From Patescibacteria group bacterium (GTDB taxonomy: Bacteria; Patescibacteriota; Patescibacteriia; 2-01-FULL-39-33): DNA of 32,000 nucleotides. Position numbers and translations under genes: made by a program. The notes under the pieces were generated by a model. The model saw nothing but the letters and a program-made list of their open reading frames with translations, made no database searches and was not told where the DNA came from. Positions 8,434-16,523 of the stretch are shown piece by piece (the first letter of the stretch is position 1; every line of letters starts with the position of its first letter). Location: assembly GCA_041649575.1 (NCBI GenBank), contig JBAZMW010000003.1, positions 90,001 through 122,000 of the forward strand, in the 5' to 3' direction.

Positions 8434-8805
8434 TTATAAAACCTCCGGGGCCAAAGAAATAATTTTTTGGTAGCCCAAGTTTCTCAATTCTCTGGCTACT
8501 GGTCCAAAAATCCGAGTGCCTTTCATATCTTTGTTTTTGGTATCAATAATTACAGCGGCATTATCATCAAAACGGATATAAGAACCATCGGATCGTCTAA
8601 CTTCTTTTTTGGTCCGCACCAACACCGCGTGAACCACATCGCCCTTTTTGACCATACTGTGAGGCGTAGCTTCCTTGATAGAGGCAGTGACCACTTCGCC
8701 TAAACGGGCATAACGTTTTCTATAACCGCCTAAAACCTTGATCACCATTAACTTTTTTGCGCCCGTATTATCAGCCGATTTTAAAATTGATCTAGTTTGA
8801 ACCAT
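8434..8805 (-). CDS. rplN: 50S ribosomal protein L14
   Basis: [27 protein letters not shown]... [13 protein letters not shown]. Confidence 0.97.
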   Translation of the reverse strand: MVQTRSILKSADNTGAKKLMVIKVLGGYRKRYARLGEVVTASIKEATPHSMVKKGDVVHAVLVRTKKEVRRSDGSYIRFDDNAAVIIDTKNKDMKGTRIFGPVARELRNLGYQKIISLAPEVL

Positions 8806-8806
8806 A

Positions 8807-9061
8807 TTATTTGTAAATTACCCTAAACTTTTTATCTTTGCTTAGGGGGCGGCACTGAACAAACTCGACAGTATTACCAACCTGATACTGGCCTTTCGGG
8901 TCATGCACTTTGTACTTTTTACTGACTCGATATCTCTTTTGATAGCGGGGATGCAACTTGAAACGATCAACTCTCACCACGATAGTTTTGGCCATCTTGG
9001 CAGAAACCACTTCTCCGGAAAATTTTCTCTTCATTGACTTTTTTTCAGATTCTAAAGACAT
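8807..9061 (-). CDS. rpsQ: 30S ribosomal protein S17
   Basis: [45 protein letters not shown]. Confidence 0.94.
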   Translation of the reverse strand: MSLESEKKSMKRKFSGEVVSAKMAKTIVVRVDRFKLHPRYQKRYRVSKKYKVHDPKGQYQVGNTVEFVQCRPLSKDKKFRVIYK

Positions 9062-9074
9062 ATAATTAACTTTA

Positions 9075-9260
9075 TTACTTTTTTTCTCTTAAAACCGTGA
9101 GAACCTTGGCGATATTGCGCCTGGTCGCCCTAATCTCTCGGATATTTTTTATTTGCTTCTGTTTAACCTTGAAATTTAAATCGTCAAACTTATGACGCAA
9201 CTCTTTAAGCAGCTGGTCAAGCTCACTAACCGATTTAGTTCTAATTTCTTTTATTTTCAT
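9075..9260 (-). CDS. rpmC: 50S ribosomal protein L29
   Basis: KIKEIRTKSVSELDQLLKELRHKFDDLNFKVK... position between L16 and S17. Confidence 0.9.
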   Translation of the reverse strand: MKIKEIRTKSVSELDQLLKELRHKFDDLNFKVKQKQIKNIREIRATRRNIAKVLTVLREKK

Positions 9261-9262
9261 GG

Positions 9263-9670
9263 CTAATTTTTGACGATAAATTTAGTTTTAATAGGAAATT
9301 TGTAGGCTGCCAACTCCAAGGCCTCTTTGGCCTTAGCTTCAGGGAGACCGTCCATCTCCAATATCACTGTTCCAGGCCTAACTACGGCCACATAATATTC
9401 CGGCACCCCCTTGCCGCCACCCATGGTTGCCTGGGTGCCTTTGGCAGAAATCGAGCGATGTGGGAAAATTCTGATCCATAATTTACCGCCTTTTTTGACC
9501 GAACGGGAAATCACCCTTCTGGCCGCTTCTATTTGCGTGGCTTTGATCCAGCCACCCGTAACCGCCTTCAGGCCATAATCGCCAAAAGCCAGTTCCTTAT
9601 TACCACTAGCCAAACCGCGAACATCGGGTCGGTGATATTTTCTTCTTTTTAACTTTTTGGGGGCTAACAT
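9263..9670 (-). CDS. rplP: 50S ribosomal protein L16
   Basis: MLAPKKLKRRKYHR... GYDGLKAVTGGWI-like, RVISRSVKKGGKLWIRIFPHRSISAKG, MGGGKG. Confidence 0.97.
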   Translation of the reverse strand: MLAPKKLKRRKYHRPDVRGLASGNKELAFGDYGLKAVTGGWIKATQIEAARRVISRSVKKGGKLWIRIFPHRSISAKGTQATMGGGKGVPEYYVAVVRPGTVILEMDGLPEAKAKEALELAAYKFPIKTKFIVKN

Positions 9671-9680
9671 ATATTAAAAT

Positions 9681-10382
9681 TTATTTTTTTGTTTTAGCGA
9701 CTTTGTTTTTATTGTCTAAAGCTTCCTGGTCGAAAATTTCACCTTTATAAATCCAAACTTTGACACCAATCTTACCATAAATGGTCTGGGCGGCGCCGCG
9801 ACAATAATCGATATCGGCACGCAAAGTGTGCAAAGGAATTTTTCCAGAAAAAAGAGTTTCTCTACGGGCGATTTCCGCACCGTTCAAGCGACCCGAAACT
9901 ATAATCTTAATGCCTTTGGCACCAGCCTTTTCCACTCGGCCGATAGCCTGCTTTACGGCTCGACGAAAAGGAATTCTTTTTTCCAAATCAGCAATAACTT
10001 GTTGCATAACCACTGAAGAATCCAAGGCCGGACGTTCTATTTCTAAAATATTGATATTAATGGTTTTGATTCCTCTTTTCCGGCTAAAACTATCTTTCAA
10101 AAATTTATTATGAATTTCTTTTTTTAACTCTTCTGCTCCTTGACCGCCACGACCGATAACCAAGCCCGGCTTGGCACAATAAATATTGATACCAAGACCA
10201 TTAGCTGAACGCTCCATATCAACCCTGGAAACACCGGCTGTTTTAAGCTTGTTTATAATAAATTTTCTAACCAAAATATCCTGCCGTAAAAATTCGGAAA
10301 AATTTTTATCAGCAAACCATCTGGAATCCCAGGTTTTATTGATTTTAAGACGGAAAGCTTTTGGATGAACTTTTTGACCCAT
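9681..10382 (-). CDS. rpsC: 30S ribosomal protein S3
   Basis: MGQKVHPKAFRLKINKTWDSRWFA... KPGLVIGRGGQGAEELKKEI; IKIIVSGRLNGAEIARRE. Confidence 0.97.
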   Translation of the reverse strand: MGQKVHPKAFRLKINKTWDSRWFADKNFSEFLRQDILVRKFIINKLKTAGVSRVDMERSANGLGINIYCAKPGLVIGRGGQGAEELKKEIHNKFLKDSFSRKRGIKTININILEIERPALDSSVVMQQVIADLEKRIPFRRAVKQAIGRVEKAGAKGIKIIVSGRLNGAEIARRETLFSGKIPLHTLRADIDYCRGAAQTIYGKIGVKVWIYKGEIFDQEALDNKNKVAKTKK

Positions 10383-10388
10383 AATATT

Positions 10389-10925
10389 TTATTTTTGGCC
10401 CGATCTTCTATTAAGTATTCTTTTGACAAATCCTTTTGAGGATTTGGAAGAAGTGCTTTTGTCGGCTAAACCGGCCGATTTTTCTTCTTTGGCTTTATCG
10501 GACTTTTTTAATTCTTCCCAATCGTCAACTTTTATTATATCATCATTTTTACTTTCTTTTTTCTTTATTTCTTCTTTTTTAACCTCGGTGGGTACCCGTT
10601 CTGACAAGGTTAGAATAATATGCGAAGAACCCTTTCTTATCGGCGTAGCGCGGCCAAAGGCCCTGGGAGCCCAACGCTTTAAGACTGGGCCTTCATCAAC
10701 CTTAATCTCTTTAATAAACAAATTATTTCTTTTTAATTTATTATTTTCTTCGGCATTACTGATGGCCGACTTGAGCAATTTAGCAATCGGCTCGGCTGCC
10801 GCTTTGGTGCTAAACTTTAATTGTACCAGAGCCGCTTCCACGTCCAAACCCCTAATCAGATTGGCAACCAGCCTGATCTTTTTGGGTGACCTGCGAATAA
10901 ATCTTGCCTTGGCTCGTGTTTCCAT
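10389..10925 (-). CDS. rplV: 50S ribosomal protein L22 with long charged C-terminal tail
   Basis: FIRRSPKKIRLVANLIRG... APRAFGRATPIRKGSSHI core, then about 65 residues rich in K/E/S. Confidence 0.94.
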   Translation of the reverse strand: METRAKARFIRRSPKKIRLVANLIRGLDVEAALVQLKFSTKAAAEPIAKLLKSAISNAEENNKLKRNNLFIKEIKVDEGPVLKRWAPRAFGRATPIRKGSSHIILTLSERVPTEVKKEEIKKKESKNDDIIKVDDWEELKKSDKAKEEKSAGLADKSTSSKSSKGFVKRILNRRSGQK

Positions 10926-10934
10926 AAATTATAA

Positions 10935-11234
10935 TTATTTAGCAGCTTCTTTTTTATCTTGATCAATCGCCTTTTGAATCTTACCGCCATGTTTGATAAA
11001 TTTCCTGGTTGGTGAAAATTCGCCGAGCTTATGTCCAACCATATTTTCCAGAACAAAAACGTTAAGATGCTCTCTGCCGTTATGAACACCAAAAGTAAAG
11101 CCTACCATTTCAGGAGTAATAGTACAGTCGCGCGCCCAGGTTTTTATCACTGTTTTATCCCCTTTTTTGAGCTGGCTCAATTTTTTCAGAATCTTCTGAT
11201 CGATATAGGGACCCTTTTTAAGACTTCGGGACAT
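10935..11234 (-). CDS. rpsS: 30S ribosomal protein S19
   Basis: [19 protein letters not shown]... [13 protein letters not shown]; start moved to MSRSLKKG (CAT at 11232-11234) rather than track start 11321. Confidence 0.96.
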   Translation of the reverse strand: MSRSLKKGPYIDQKILKKLSQLKKGDKTVIKTWARDCTITPEMVGFTFGVHNGREHLNVFVLENMVGHKLGEFSPTRKFIKHGGKIQKAIDQDKKEAAK

Positions 11235-11238
11235 AAAT

Positions 11239-12090
11239 TTAATTACTTTTACGATTTTTATTTTTTCTGCGAACCAGAATAAAGCGATCTGATTTTTTGC
11301 CATCTTTTCTGGTCTTAACACCTAAAGCGGGTTTGCCCCACGGAGTTTTAGGATGAGTTAAGCCGATAGGATTATGACCTTCGCCACCGCCGTGCGGATG
11401 ATCAACCGGATTCATGGCTTTGCCGCGAACTGTTGGCTTAATGCCACGATGTCTCATGCGACCAGCCTTGCCCCAACGGATATTTTTGAAATCCTGATTG
11501 CTGACCGATCCGATAGTAGCCAATGACTTACCCGAAACTAAGCGAACTTCTCCAGAAGGCAGCTTCAGCTGGGCATAACCGTTGTCGATACCCATCAAAT
11601 AAACGCTATTGCCGGCGCTTCTGGCCAGCTGACCGCCCTTGCCCGGTACCAGCTCTACATTATAAACAAACATACCCGGAGGAATCAACTCTAACGGCAT
11701 TGAATTACCCGGCTGGAAATCAACGATTTTTTGAGAGCTGACAACCAAATCGCCTATTTTTAATTCTTGTGGCGCTACGATGTAAGACTTTTGACCGTCT
11801 CGATAATACAACAAAGCAATACGACAGTTTCTATTAGGATCATATTCAATGGCCGCCACTTGGGCCGGGATATCAAATTTATCTCTTTTATAATCAATGA
11901 TTCTGATTTTTTTCTTGGCCCCACCGCCCTGATGACGAACAGTGATCTTGCCCTGATGGTTACGACCAGCTCGATTTTTACCGGAAACAATTAGTCGCTT
12001 CTCTGGCTTTTTTTTGACAAGGTCATGACTGGTCAGAACCGAAGTTTGACGTCTGGCGGGGGTGGTTGGTTTATAAATTCTTATTGCCAT
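11239..12090 (-). CDS. rplB: 50S ribosomal protein L2
   Basis: [30 protein letters not shown]... [22 protein letters not shown]. Confidence 0.98.
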   Translation of the reverse strand: MAIRIYKPTTPARRQTSVLTSHDLVKKKPEKRLIVSGKNRAGRNHQGKITVRHQGGGAKKKIRIIDYKRDKFDIPAQVAAIEYDPNRNCRIALLYYRDGQKSYIVAPQELKIGDLVVSSQKIVDFQPGNSMPLELIPPGMFVYNVELVPGKGGQLARSAGNSVYLMGIDNGYAQLKLPSGEVRLVSGKSLATIGSVSNQDFKNIRWGKAGRMRHRGIKPTVRGKAMNPVDHPHGGGEGHNPIGLTHPKTPWGKPALGVKTRKDGKKSDRFILVRRKNKNRKSN

Positions 12091-12098
12091 AAAATTAT

Positions 12099-12596
12099 TT
12101 AGACTCCTTCCTGAATTTCTATTGATTTACCGGCTGGAAAAGTAATAATTGCTTTCTTCCAATTCTTGGTCTGCCCTGAAGTTCTGCCATAACGGACCTT
12201 TTTGCCTTTGTTATTTAAGATATTAATACTTAAGGGTTTAACGCCATAGCGCGACTCGATTGCCTGAGCTACCTGAATCTTATTGGCCGAAACTTCTACT
12301 TTAAAAACATACTGATTGGAACCGGTTAAATAATTGGCTTTCTCGGTGATTAGGGGTTTGACTAAAACGCCGTGCAAGTCTTTGTTTGCCCAAGTCTTTG
12401 CTTCTTTGGGTTTATCTTCCTTTTTTGTCAAGACTAATTCTTTCTTTTGATCTTTTTCTTTTTTGTCCTTAGGCGCCAATGGCTTTTCTAAACGCACAAC
12501 TCGATCAGCCTCACTGCCTTTAACGGCTTTGGCGACTGTTGCTTCTTTTTCGTCTTTCTGAGTCTTTAATTTTTTTAATTTATTGAAAATTCCCAT
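12099..12596 (-). CDS. rplW: 50S ribosomal protein L23 with lysine/glutamate-rich N-terminal extension
   Basis: C-terminal L23 core [52 protein letters not shown]; start at MGIFNK preferred, with track start 12617 as alternative. Confidence 0.92.
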   Translation of the reverse strand: MGIFNKLKKLKTQKDEKEATVAKAVKGSEADRVVRLEKPLAPKDKKEKDQKKELVLTKKEDKPKEAKTWANKDLHGVLVKPLITEKANYLTGSNQYVFKVEVSANKIQVAQAIESRYGVKPLSINILNNKGKKVRYGRTSGQTKNWKKAIITFPAGKSIEIQEGV

Positions 12597-12603
12597 ATGA
12601 ACA

Positions 12604-13284
12604 TTATTTAATTGCATCGGCTGATTTCAAAGCCACCTGGCGATAATGCTTGTCTATCCTGCTAACAGCTTCTTCTGAAAGCAATAAGGTATCGTATTTT
12701 AAAACATCGACACAATTTAAACTATCGGCTAAAATCGTGTTGACATTCTTCAGATTTAGAGCGGCTTTAATGCTTTTTTGATCGTTATTGTTTAAAATCA
12801 AGAGAAATTTTTTGCTGTCTTTTAATTCACTAATTTTATTTTTTAACTGTTTGAGCTGGTTGGCCAAATCTTTGGTCTTGCCCGATTCTACAGCCAATTT
12901 ATCAAAGACTAAAAAGCTACCGCTACCAATTTTATCCGAAAGACACATAGCCAAGGCCAACTGCTTCTGTTTCTTATTGATTTTCTGGGAAAAATTTCGA
13001 TCTTTCCGAGGGCCAAAGGTTATGCCGCCACCCTTCCATAAGGGCGAACGAATGGAGCCGTGACGAGCCCGTCCCGTCCCCTTTTGGCGCCAAGGTTTTT
13101 TGCCACCACCCTTAACTTCGCCTCGAGTCTTAGTGTGAGCCAAAACCTGACGAGCATTGGCTAACTGCGCCACTACAACCTGATGCACCACTTCCGGCTT
13201 AACTTTGACGCCAAAAATCCTGGAGCTTAATTCTAGCTCTTTGATTTTTTCACCGCTTGAGTTGTAAACCGGAACCTTTATCAT
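12604..13284 (-). CDS. rplD: 50S ribosomal protein L4
   Basis: HTKTRGEVKGGGKKPWRQKGTGRARHGSIRSPLWKGGGITFGP. Confidence 0.97.
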   Translation of the reverse strand: MIKVPVYNSSGEKIKELELSSRIFGVKVKPEVVHQVVVAQLANARQVLAHTKTRGEVKGGGKKPWRQKGTGRARHGSIRSPLWKGGGITFGPRKDRNFSQKINKKQKQLALAMCLSDKIGSGSFLVFDKLAVESGKTKDLANQLKQLKNKISELKDSKKFLLILNNNDQKSIKAALNLKNVNTILADSLNCVDVLKYDTLLLSEEAVSRIDKHYRQVALKSADAIK

Positions 13285-13301
13285 AATTATTAAAACAAAT
13301 T

Positions 13302-14045
13302 TTATTCTGTTTTGATTGTCTCTTCTTCGGTGGTTTTATTGTTTTCGACCGCCGGTTCTTTGATTTCTTCAATAGGCGCGGATTCTTTTGGGACAACTTC
13401 TTGTGGGATAACTTCTTGATCCAATTCTATTTTCCCAGGCCCGCTGATCAAAAGCAGGCTATTTCTGGTTCCCGGTACCGCCCCTTTTATATATAAAATA
13501 TTTTTTGATTCGTCGGTTTCTATAATCTCCAAACCCTTGACCGTCACTTGGTTTCCCCCCAGCCGCCCAGGCATACGCATATCCTTGAAAACCCGCTGTA
13601 CGCCGCCGGCGCCAATGGAACCAGGCATCCTCAACTGATCCTTGTGGCCGTGAGTGGCCGGACTGCCATGAAAACCATGACGTTTGACTACCCCCTGAAA
13701 ACCGCGTCCCTTGGAAACACCTGAGACCTGGACTTTATCGCCAGCTTTAAAAAGATTTACTGTTAGTCTATCGCCACGTTTCAATTCTCCAACTTCATCG
13801 CCAGTCATTGCAAACTCCCTAATGGTCTTGACCGATTCAATACCTTTTAAGTGGCCGGCTTGCGGTTTCTTGGGCTTTTTGCTAGCGCCAAAACCAACCT
13901 GAACAGCGCTATAACCGTCTTTAGAGAGCATCTTTATCTGAGTAATAATATTGGGTTGAGCCAACACCGCAGTAACCGGAACGACATTGCCGTCGGCCCG
14001 GAAAACCTGGGTCATCTCTAATTTTTTGCCTAAGATAAATTTCAT
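13302..14045 (-). CDS. rplC: 50S ribosomal protein L3 with acidic C-terminal tail
   Basis: MKFILGKKLEMTQVFRADG... GFQGVVKRHGFHGSPATHGHKDQLRMPGSIG; tail EVIPQEVVPKESAPIEEIKEPAVENNKTTEEETIKTE. Confidence 0.96.
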   Translation of the reverse strand: MKFILGKKLEMTQVFRADGNVVPVTAVLAQPNIITQIKMLSKDGYSAVQVGFGASKKPKKPQAGHLKGIESVKTIREFAMTGDEVGELKRGDRLTVNLFKAGDKVQVSGVSKGRGFQGVVKRHGFHGSPATHGHKDQLRMPGSIGAGGVQRVFKDMRMPGRLGGNQVTVKGLEIIETDESKNILYIKGAVPGTRNSLLLISGPGKIELDQEVIPQEVVPKESAPIEEIKEPAVENNKTTEEETIKTE

Positions 14046-14050
14046 TTTCT

Positions 14051-14086
14051 AAAAAATAAAAATCTGGTTATATCTTAAAAACCAGA
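14051..14086 (-). terminator. Terminator/attenuator-like hairpin plus U-tract immediately before the rplC start
   Basis: Minus strand: TCTGGTT-TTTAAGATAT-AACCAGA-TTTTTATTTTTT, ending 5 nt before ATG. Confidence 0.6.
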
Positions 14087-14140
14087 CCTAGAAATTTAAC
14101 GCCACTCGACGTTAAGTAGAAATCTAATTTTTTAAGATAT
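14070..14140 (-). promoter_or_regulatory. Alternative long-range pairing in rplC leader (candidate anti-terminator or pseudoknot)
   Basis: ATATCTTAAAAA (14070-14081, plus) is the perfect 12-nt reverse complement of TTTTTAAGATAT (14129-14140) and covers the terminator loop. Confidence 0.5.
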
Positions 14141-14166
14141 TTGGTCGCTGTTGTTCCTTTATTAAT

Positions 14167-14229
14167 CTACGCCACTGATGGAGGTTTTCCCCAGAAGATC
14201 ATCAGAAACATCTTAGGATCTTTCTCCAT
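14167..14229 (-). other. Candidate upstream ORF (20 aa) in rplC leader
   Basis: ATG..TAG reading MEKDPKMFLMIFWGKPPSVA*; no clear SD; coding status uncertain. Confidence 0.3.
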
Positions 14230-14265
14230 TTTTAGTATAGATTTTTAGCTGAAAAAATTTCCAGC

Positions 14266-14304
14266 CCAGTTTTTGTTCCGAATTTGATTCAGAACAAAAA
14301 CTGG
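14266..14304 (-). other. Long near-perfect RNA hairpin just downstream of rpsJ
   Basis: Minus strand CCAGTTTTTGTTC-T-GAAT-CAA-ATTC-G-GAACAAAAACTGG: 18 pairs including one G-U, 3-nt loop. Confidence 0.8.
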
Positions 14305-14313
14305 AATAGAAAA

Positions 14314-14658
14314 CTACATTTTTATCTCAATGTTCACTCCGGCCGGCAAACTCAAACTCATTAAAGCGTCTACTGTTTTGCTATCAGGATCAACAATATC
14401 TAAGAGGCGTTTGTGAATCCTCATTTCAAACTGCTCCCGGCTATCCTTATGGACAAAGGTCGAACGATTAACTGTGTATTTTTTATTCTCCGTCGGCAAA
14501 GGAATTGGCCCAACCACCTGAGCGCCACTGCGCTGGCAGGTCTCCATAATTTTTTTAACAGAACTGTCGATGATCTTGTGGTCGTAAGCCTTGATCTTTA
14601 TCCTAATCCTCTGATGAGCCTTGTCATTCTCTTGAGTTGCAGTATTTTTAGTTACCAT
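14314..14658 (-). CDS. rpsJ: 30S ribosomal protein S10
   Basis: [41 protein letters not shown]... [12 protein letters not shown]-like motif. Confidence 0.97.
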   Translation of the reverse strand: MVTKNTATQENDKAHQRIRIKIKAYDHKIIDSSVKKIMETCQRSGAQVVGPIPLPTENKKYTVNRSTFVHKDSREQFEMRIHKRLLDIVDPDSKTVDALMSLSLPAGVNIEIKM

Positions 14659-14684
14659 TTTTAATTAACAATTATTCTAAATTC

Positions 14685-14730
14685 GACCGCTTAGTAGAGG
14701 CAAGCCCGCCAGGGATTGCCTCTACCGGTC
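14685..14730. other. Long interrupted hairpin between tuf and rpsJ
   Basis: GACCG..GTAGAGGCAA..CCC-GCCA-GGG..TTGCCTCTAC CGGTC: 10-bp central stem with flanking 5-bp and 3-bp stems. Confidence 0.75.
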
Positions 14731-14739
14731 TTTATTGAT

Positions 14740-15930
14740 TTATTTGATAATTTTAGTCACCACGCCAGCGCCGACCGTATGACCGCCTTCACGAATAGAG
14801 AATTTCATCTTTTCTTCCATGGCCACCGATTTGCCTAACTTAATTTTTAAATTATTAACTGTATCGCCTGGCATCACCATCTCGGTGCCTTCCGGTAACT
14901 CGATTTCGCCAGTAACATCGGTTGTCCGAATATAGAATTGCGGTTTGTAGCCTTTGAAGAAAGGCTTGTGCCGGCCACCCTCTTCTTTGCTTAAAATATA
15001 AACCTCGGCTTCGAATTCGGTGTGCGGAGTGATTGATCCTGGTTTGCCTAAGACCTGACCCCTCTCTACCTGATCTTTTCTAGTACCGCGCAAGAGTATG
15101 CCGGCGTTATCACCAGCCATTCCTTCGTTTAGAGATTTATTAAACATTTCTATTCCAGTCACGACTGTTTTTTGAGTATCGGTTAAGCCGACGATCTCCA
15201 CTTCTTCATTTAATTTGATTATACCCCGCTCGATTCTGCCGGTCACTACCGTACCACGGCCTTCAATGGAAAAAACATCTTCTATAGGCATTAAAAAGTC
15301 TCTGTCGGTTGAACGCTGGGGTTGCGGTATATAAGTGTCCAAAGCCTCCATTAACTTCATAATTGGTTCGGCATCAGGACCGTTGGGATTTTCGAGGGCC
15401 TTTAAAGCGGAGCCGCGAATTATCGGAATTTCATCTCCGGGAAATTCATATTTTTTGAGCAAATCTCTAACCTCTTCTTCGACTAAATCAACCAGTGAGG
15501 GATCGTCAACCTGATCAACTTTGTTGATAAAAACAATGATATATGGCACCCCGACTTGCCTGGCCAAAAGAATGTGTTCTCTGGTTTGAGGCATCGGACC
15601 GTCGGTGGCGGCAACAACCAGGATCGCGCCATCCATTTGGGCGGCGCCAGTAATCATGTTCTTTATGTAGTCGGCATGACCCGGACAGTCAACGTGAGCA
15701 TAATGACGTTTTTCTGTTTCATACTCAACATGAGCGGTAGCAATAGTAATACCGCGCGCTTTTTCTTCGGGAGCAGCGTCGATCTGGTCGACACTTTTAT
15801 TTTGGGCCCTTAAGCCCTTGGCGGTTAAAACCTGCAAAATAGCCGCTGTTAAAGTGGTTTTGCCATGATCAACGTGGCCAATAGTACCGACGTTTACATG
15901 TGGTTTGCTTCTGTCAAATTGTTCTGCCAT
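14740..15930 (-). CDS. tuf: Elongation factor Tu
   Basis: [31 protein letters not shown]... [28 protein letters not shown]. Confidence 0.99.
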   Translation of the reverse strand: MAEQFDRSKPHVNVGTIGHVDHGKTTLTAAILQVLTAKGLRAQNKSVDQIDAAPEEKARGITIATAHVEYETEKRHYAHVDCPGHADYIKNMITGAAQMDGAILVVAATDGPMPQTREHILLARQVGVPYIIVFINKVDQVDDPSLVDLVEEEVRDLLKKYEFPGDEIPIIRGSALKALENPNGPDAEPIMKLMEALDTYIPQPQRSTDRDFLMPIEDVFSIEGRGTVVTGRIERGIIKLNEEVEIVGLTDTQKTVVTGIEMFNKSLNEGMAGDNAGILLRGTRKDQVERGQVLGKPGSITPHTEFEAEVYILSKEEGGRHKPFFKGYKPQFYIRTTDVTGEIELPEGTEMVMPGDTVNNLKIKLGKSVAMEEKMKFSIREGGHTVGAGVVTKIIK

Positions 15931-16016
15931 TGTTGTTATCCTTGTTATTGAGACCCTCCGCCCTTGGGAGTTTTAGCCAGGCCTCGCTCTTAATTTATTT
16001 ATTAAAATGTTTAGTT

Positions 16017-16044
16017 ATTATAACACAATATATAAATTTTGCAA
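16017..16044 (-). promoter_or_regulatory. Probable internal promoter for tuf
   Basis: Minus strand TTGCAA - 16 nt - TATAAT with extended -10 TGT. Confidence 0.55.
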
Positions 16045-16062
16045 GTCTTTATTTATCTACAA

Positions 16063-16464
16063 CTATTCCACTGGTTCAAAATAATAATGATCTTCTTCCT
16101 GCTTTTTATTTAAACTCTGTAATTCTGACATACGATCATAGACATCAGCTAGAGAAAAGTTCTGATCATTAATAACAACCCCTAAATCGTAATAATCCCT
16201 CAATTTTTCCGAGAAATCTTGTTCTTCAATCGGCAAATGATTGTTATTGGTTTCTTGGCTGTCTTTCCAGAGAGCAATTTCTCGGTTTATCTTATCTAAA
16301 AGTTCGTCCTCTGTCAAGCCAACCACCTCTGATTTACCTAAAATTAGCCGTTCATAATCAAAAATAGTCATTAAAACGTAAGCCGGATCACCATTTTGGT
16401 CTAAAATTATAGCTTTATCCCCAGTTTTTTTTATTAAATTAACGATTTTTTTAAGACCTTCCAT
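16063..16464 (-). CDS. Hypothetical protein with N-terminal Phd/YefM-antitoxin-like segment
   Basis: MEGLKKIVNLIKKTGDKAIILDQNGDPAYVLMTIFDYERLILG resembles the Phd/YefM N-terminal fold by eye; no adjacent RelE/Doc-like ORF. Confidence 0.5.
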   Translation of the reverse strand: MEGLKKIVNLIKKTGDKAIILDQNGDPAYVLMTIFDYERLILGKSEVVGLTEDELLDKINREIALWKDSQETNNNHLPIEEQDFSEKLRDYYDLGVVINDQNFSLADVYDRMSELQSLNKKQEEDHYYFEPVE

Positions 16465-16493
16465 TGTTATAAATTATTAAATATTAATAATTT

Positions 16494-16513
16494 TTTATCT
16501 AAATTTAGATAAA
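16494..16513. repeat. Perfect 20-nt palindrome between fusA and the Phd/YefM-like ORF
   Basis: TTTATCTAAATTTAGATAAA is self-complementary. Confidence 0.85.
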
Positions 16514-16523
16514 TTTTATAAAC

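Noticed and set aside
11235-11321. N-terminal extension of S19 in the track
   Set aside because: Conserved start MSRSLKKG at 11234; the extension overlaps the rplB 3' end.
14096-14130. Resemblance of the ATTTCTACTTAACG... segment to a Cas12a-type crRNA repeat
   Set aside because: Single copy, no spacers or repeat array, no cas genes in the window; match is short and likely chance.
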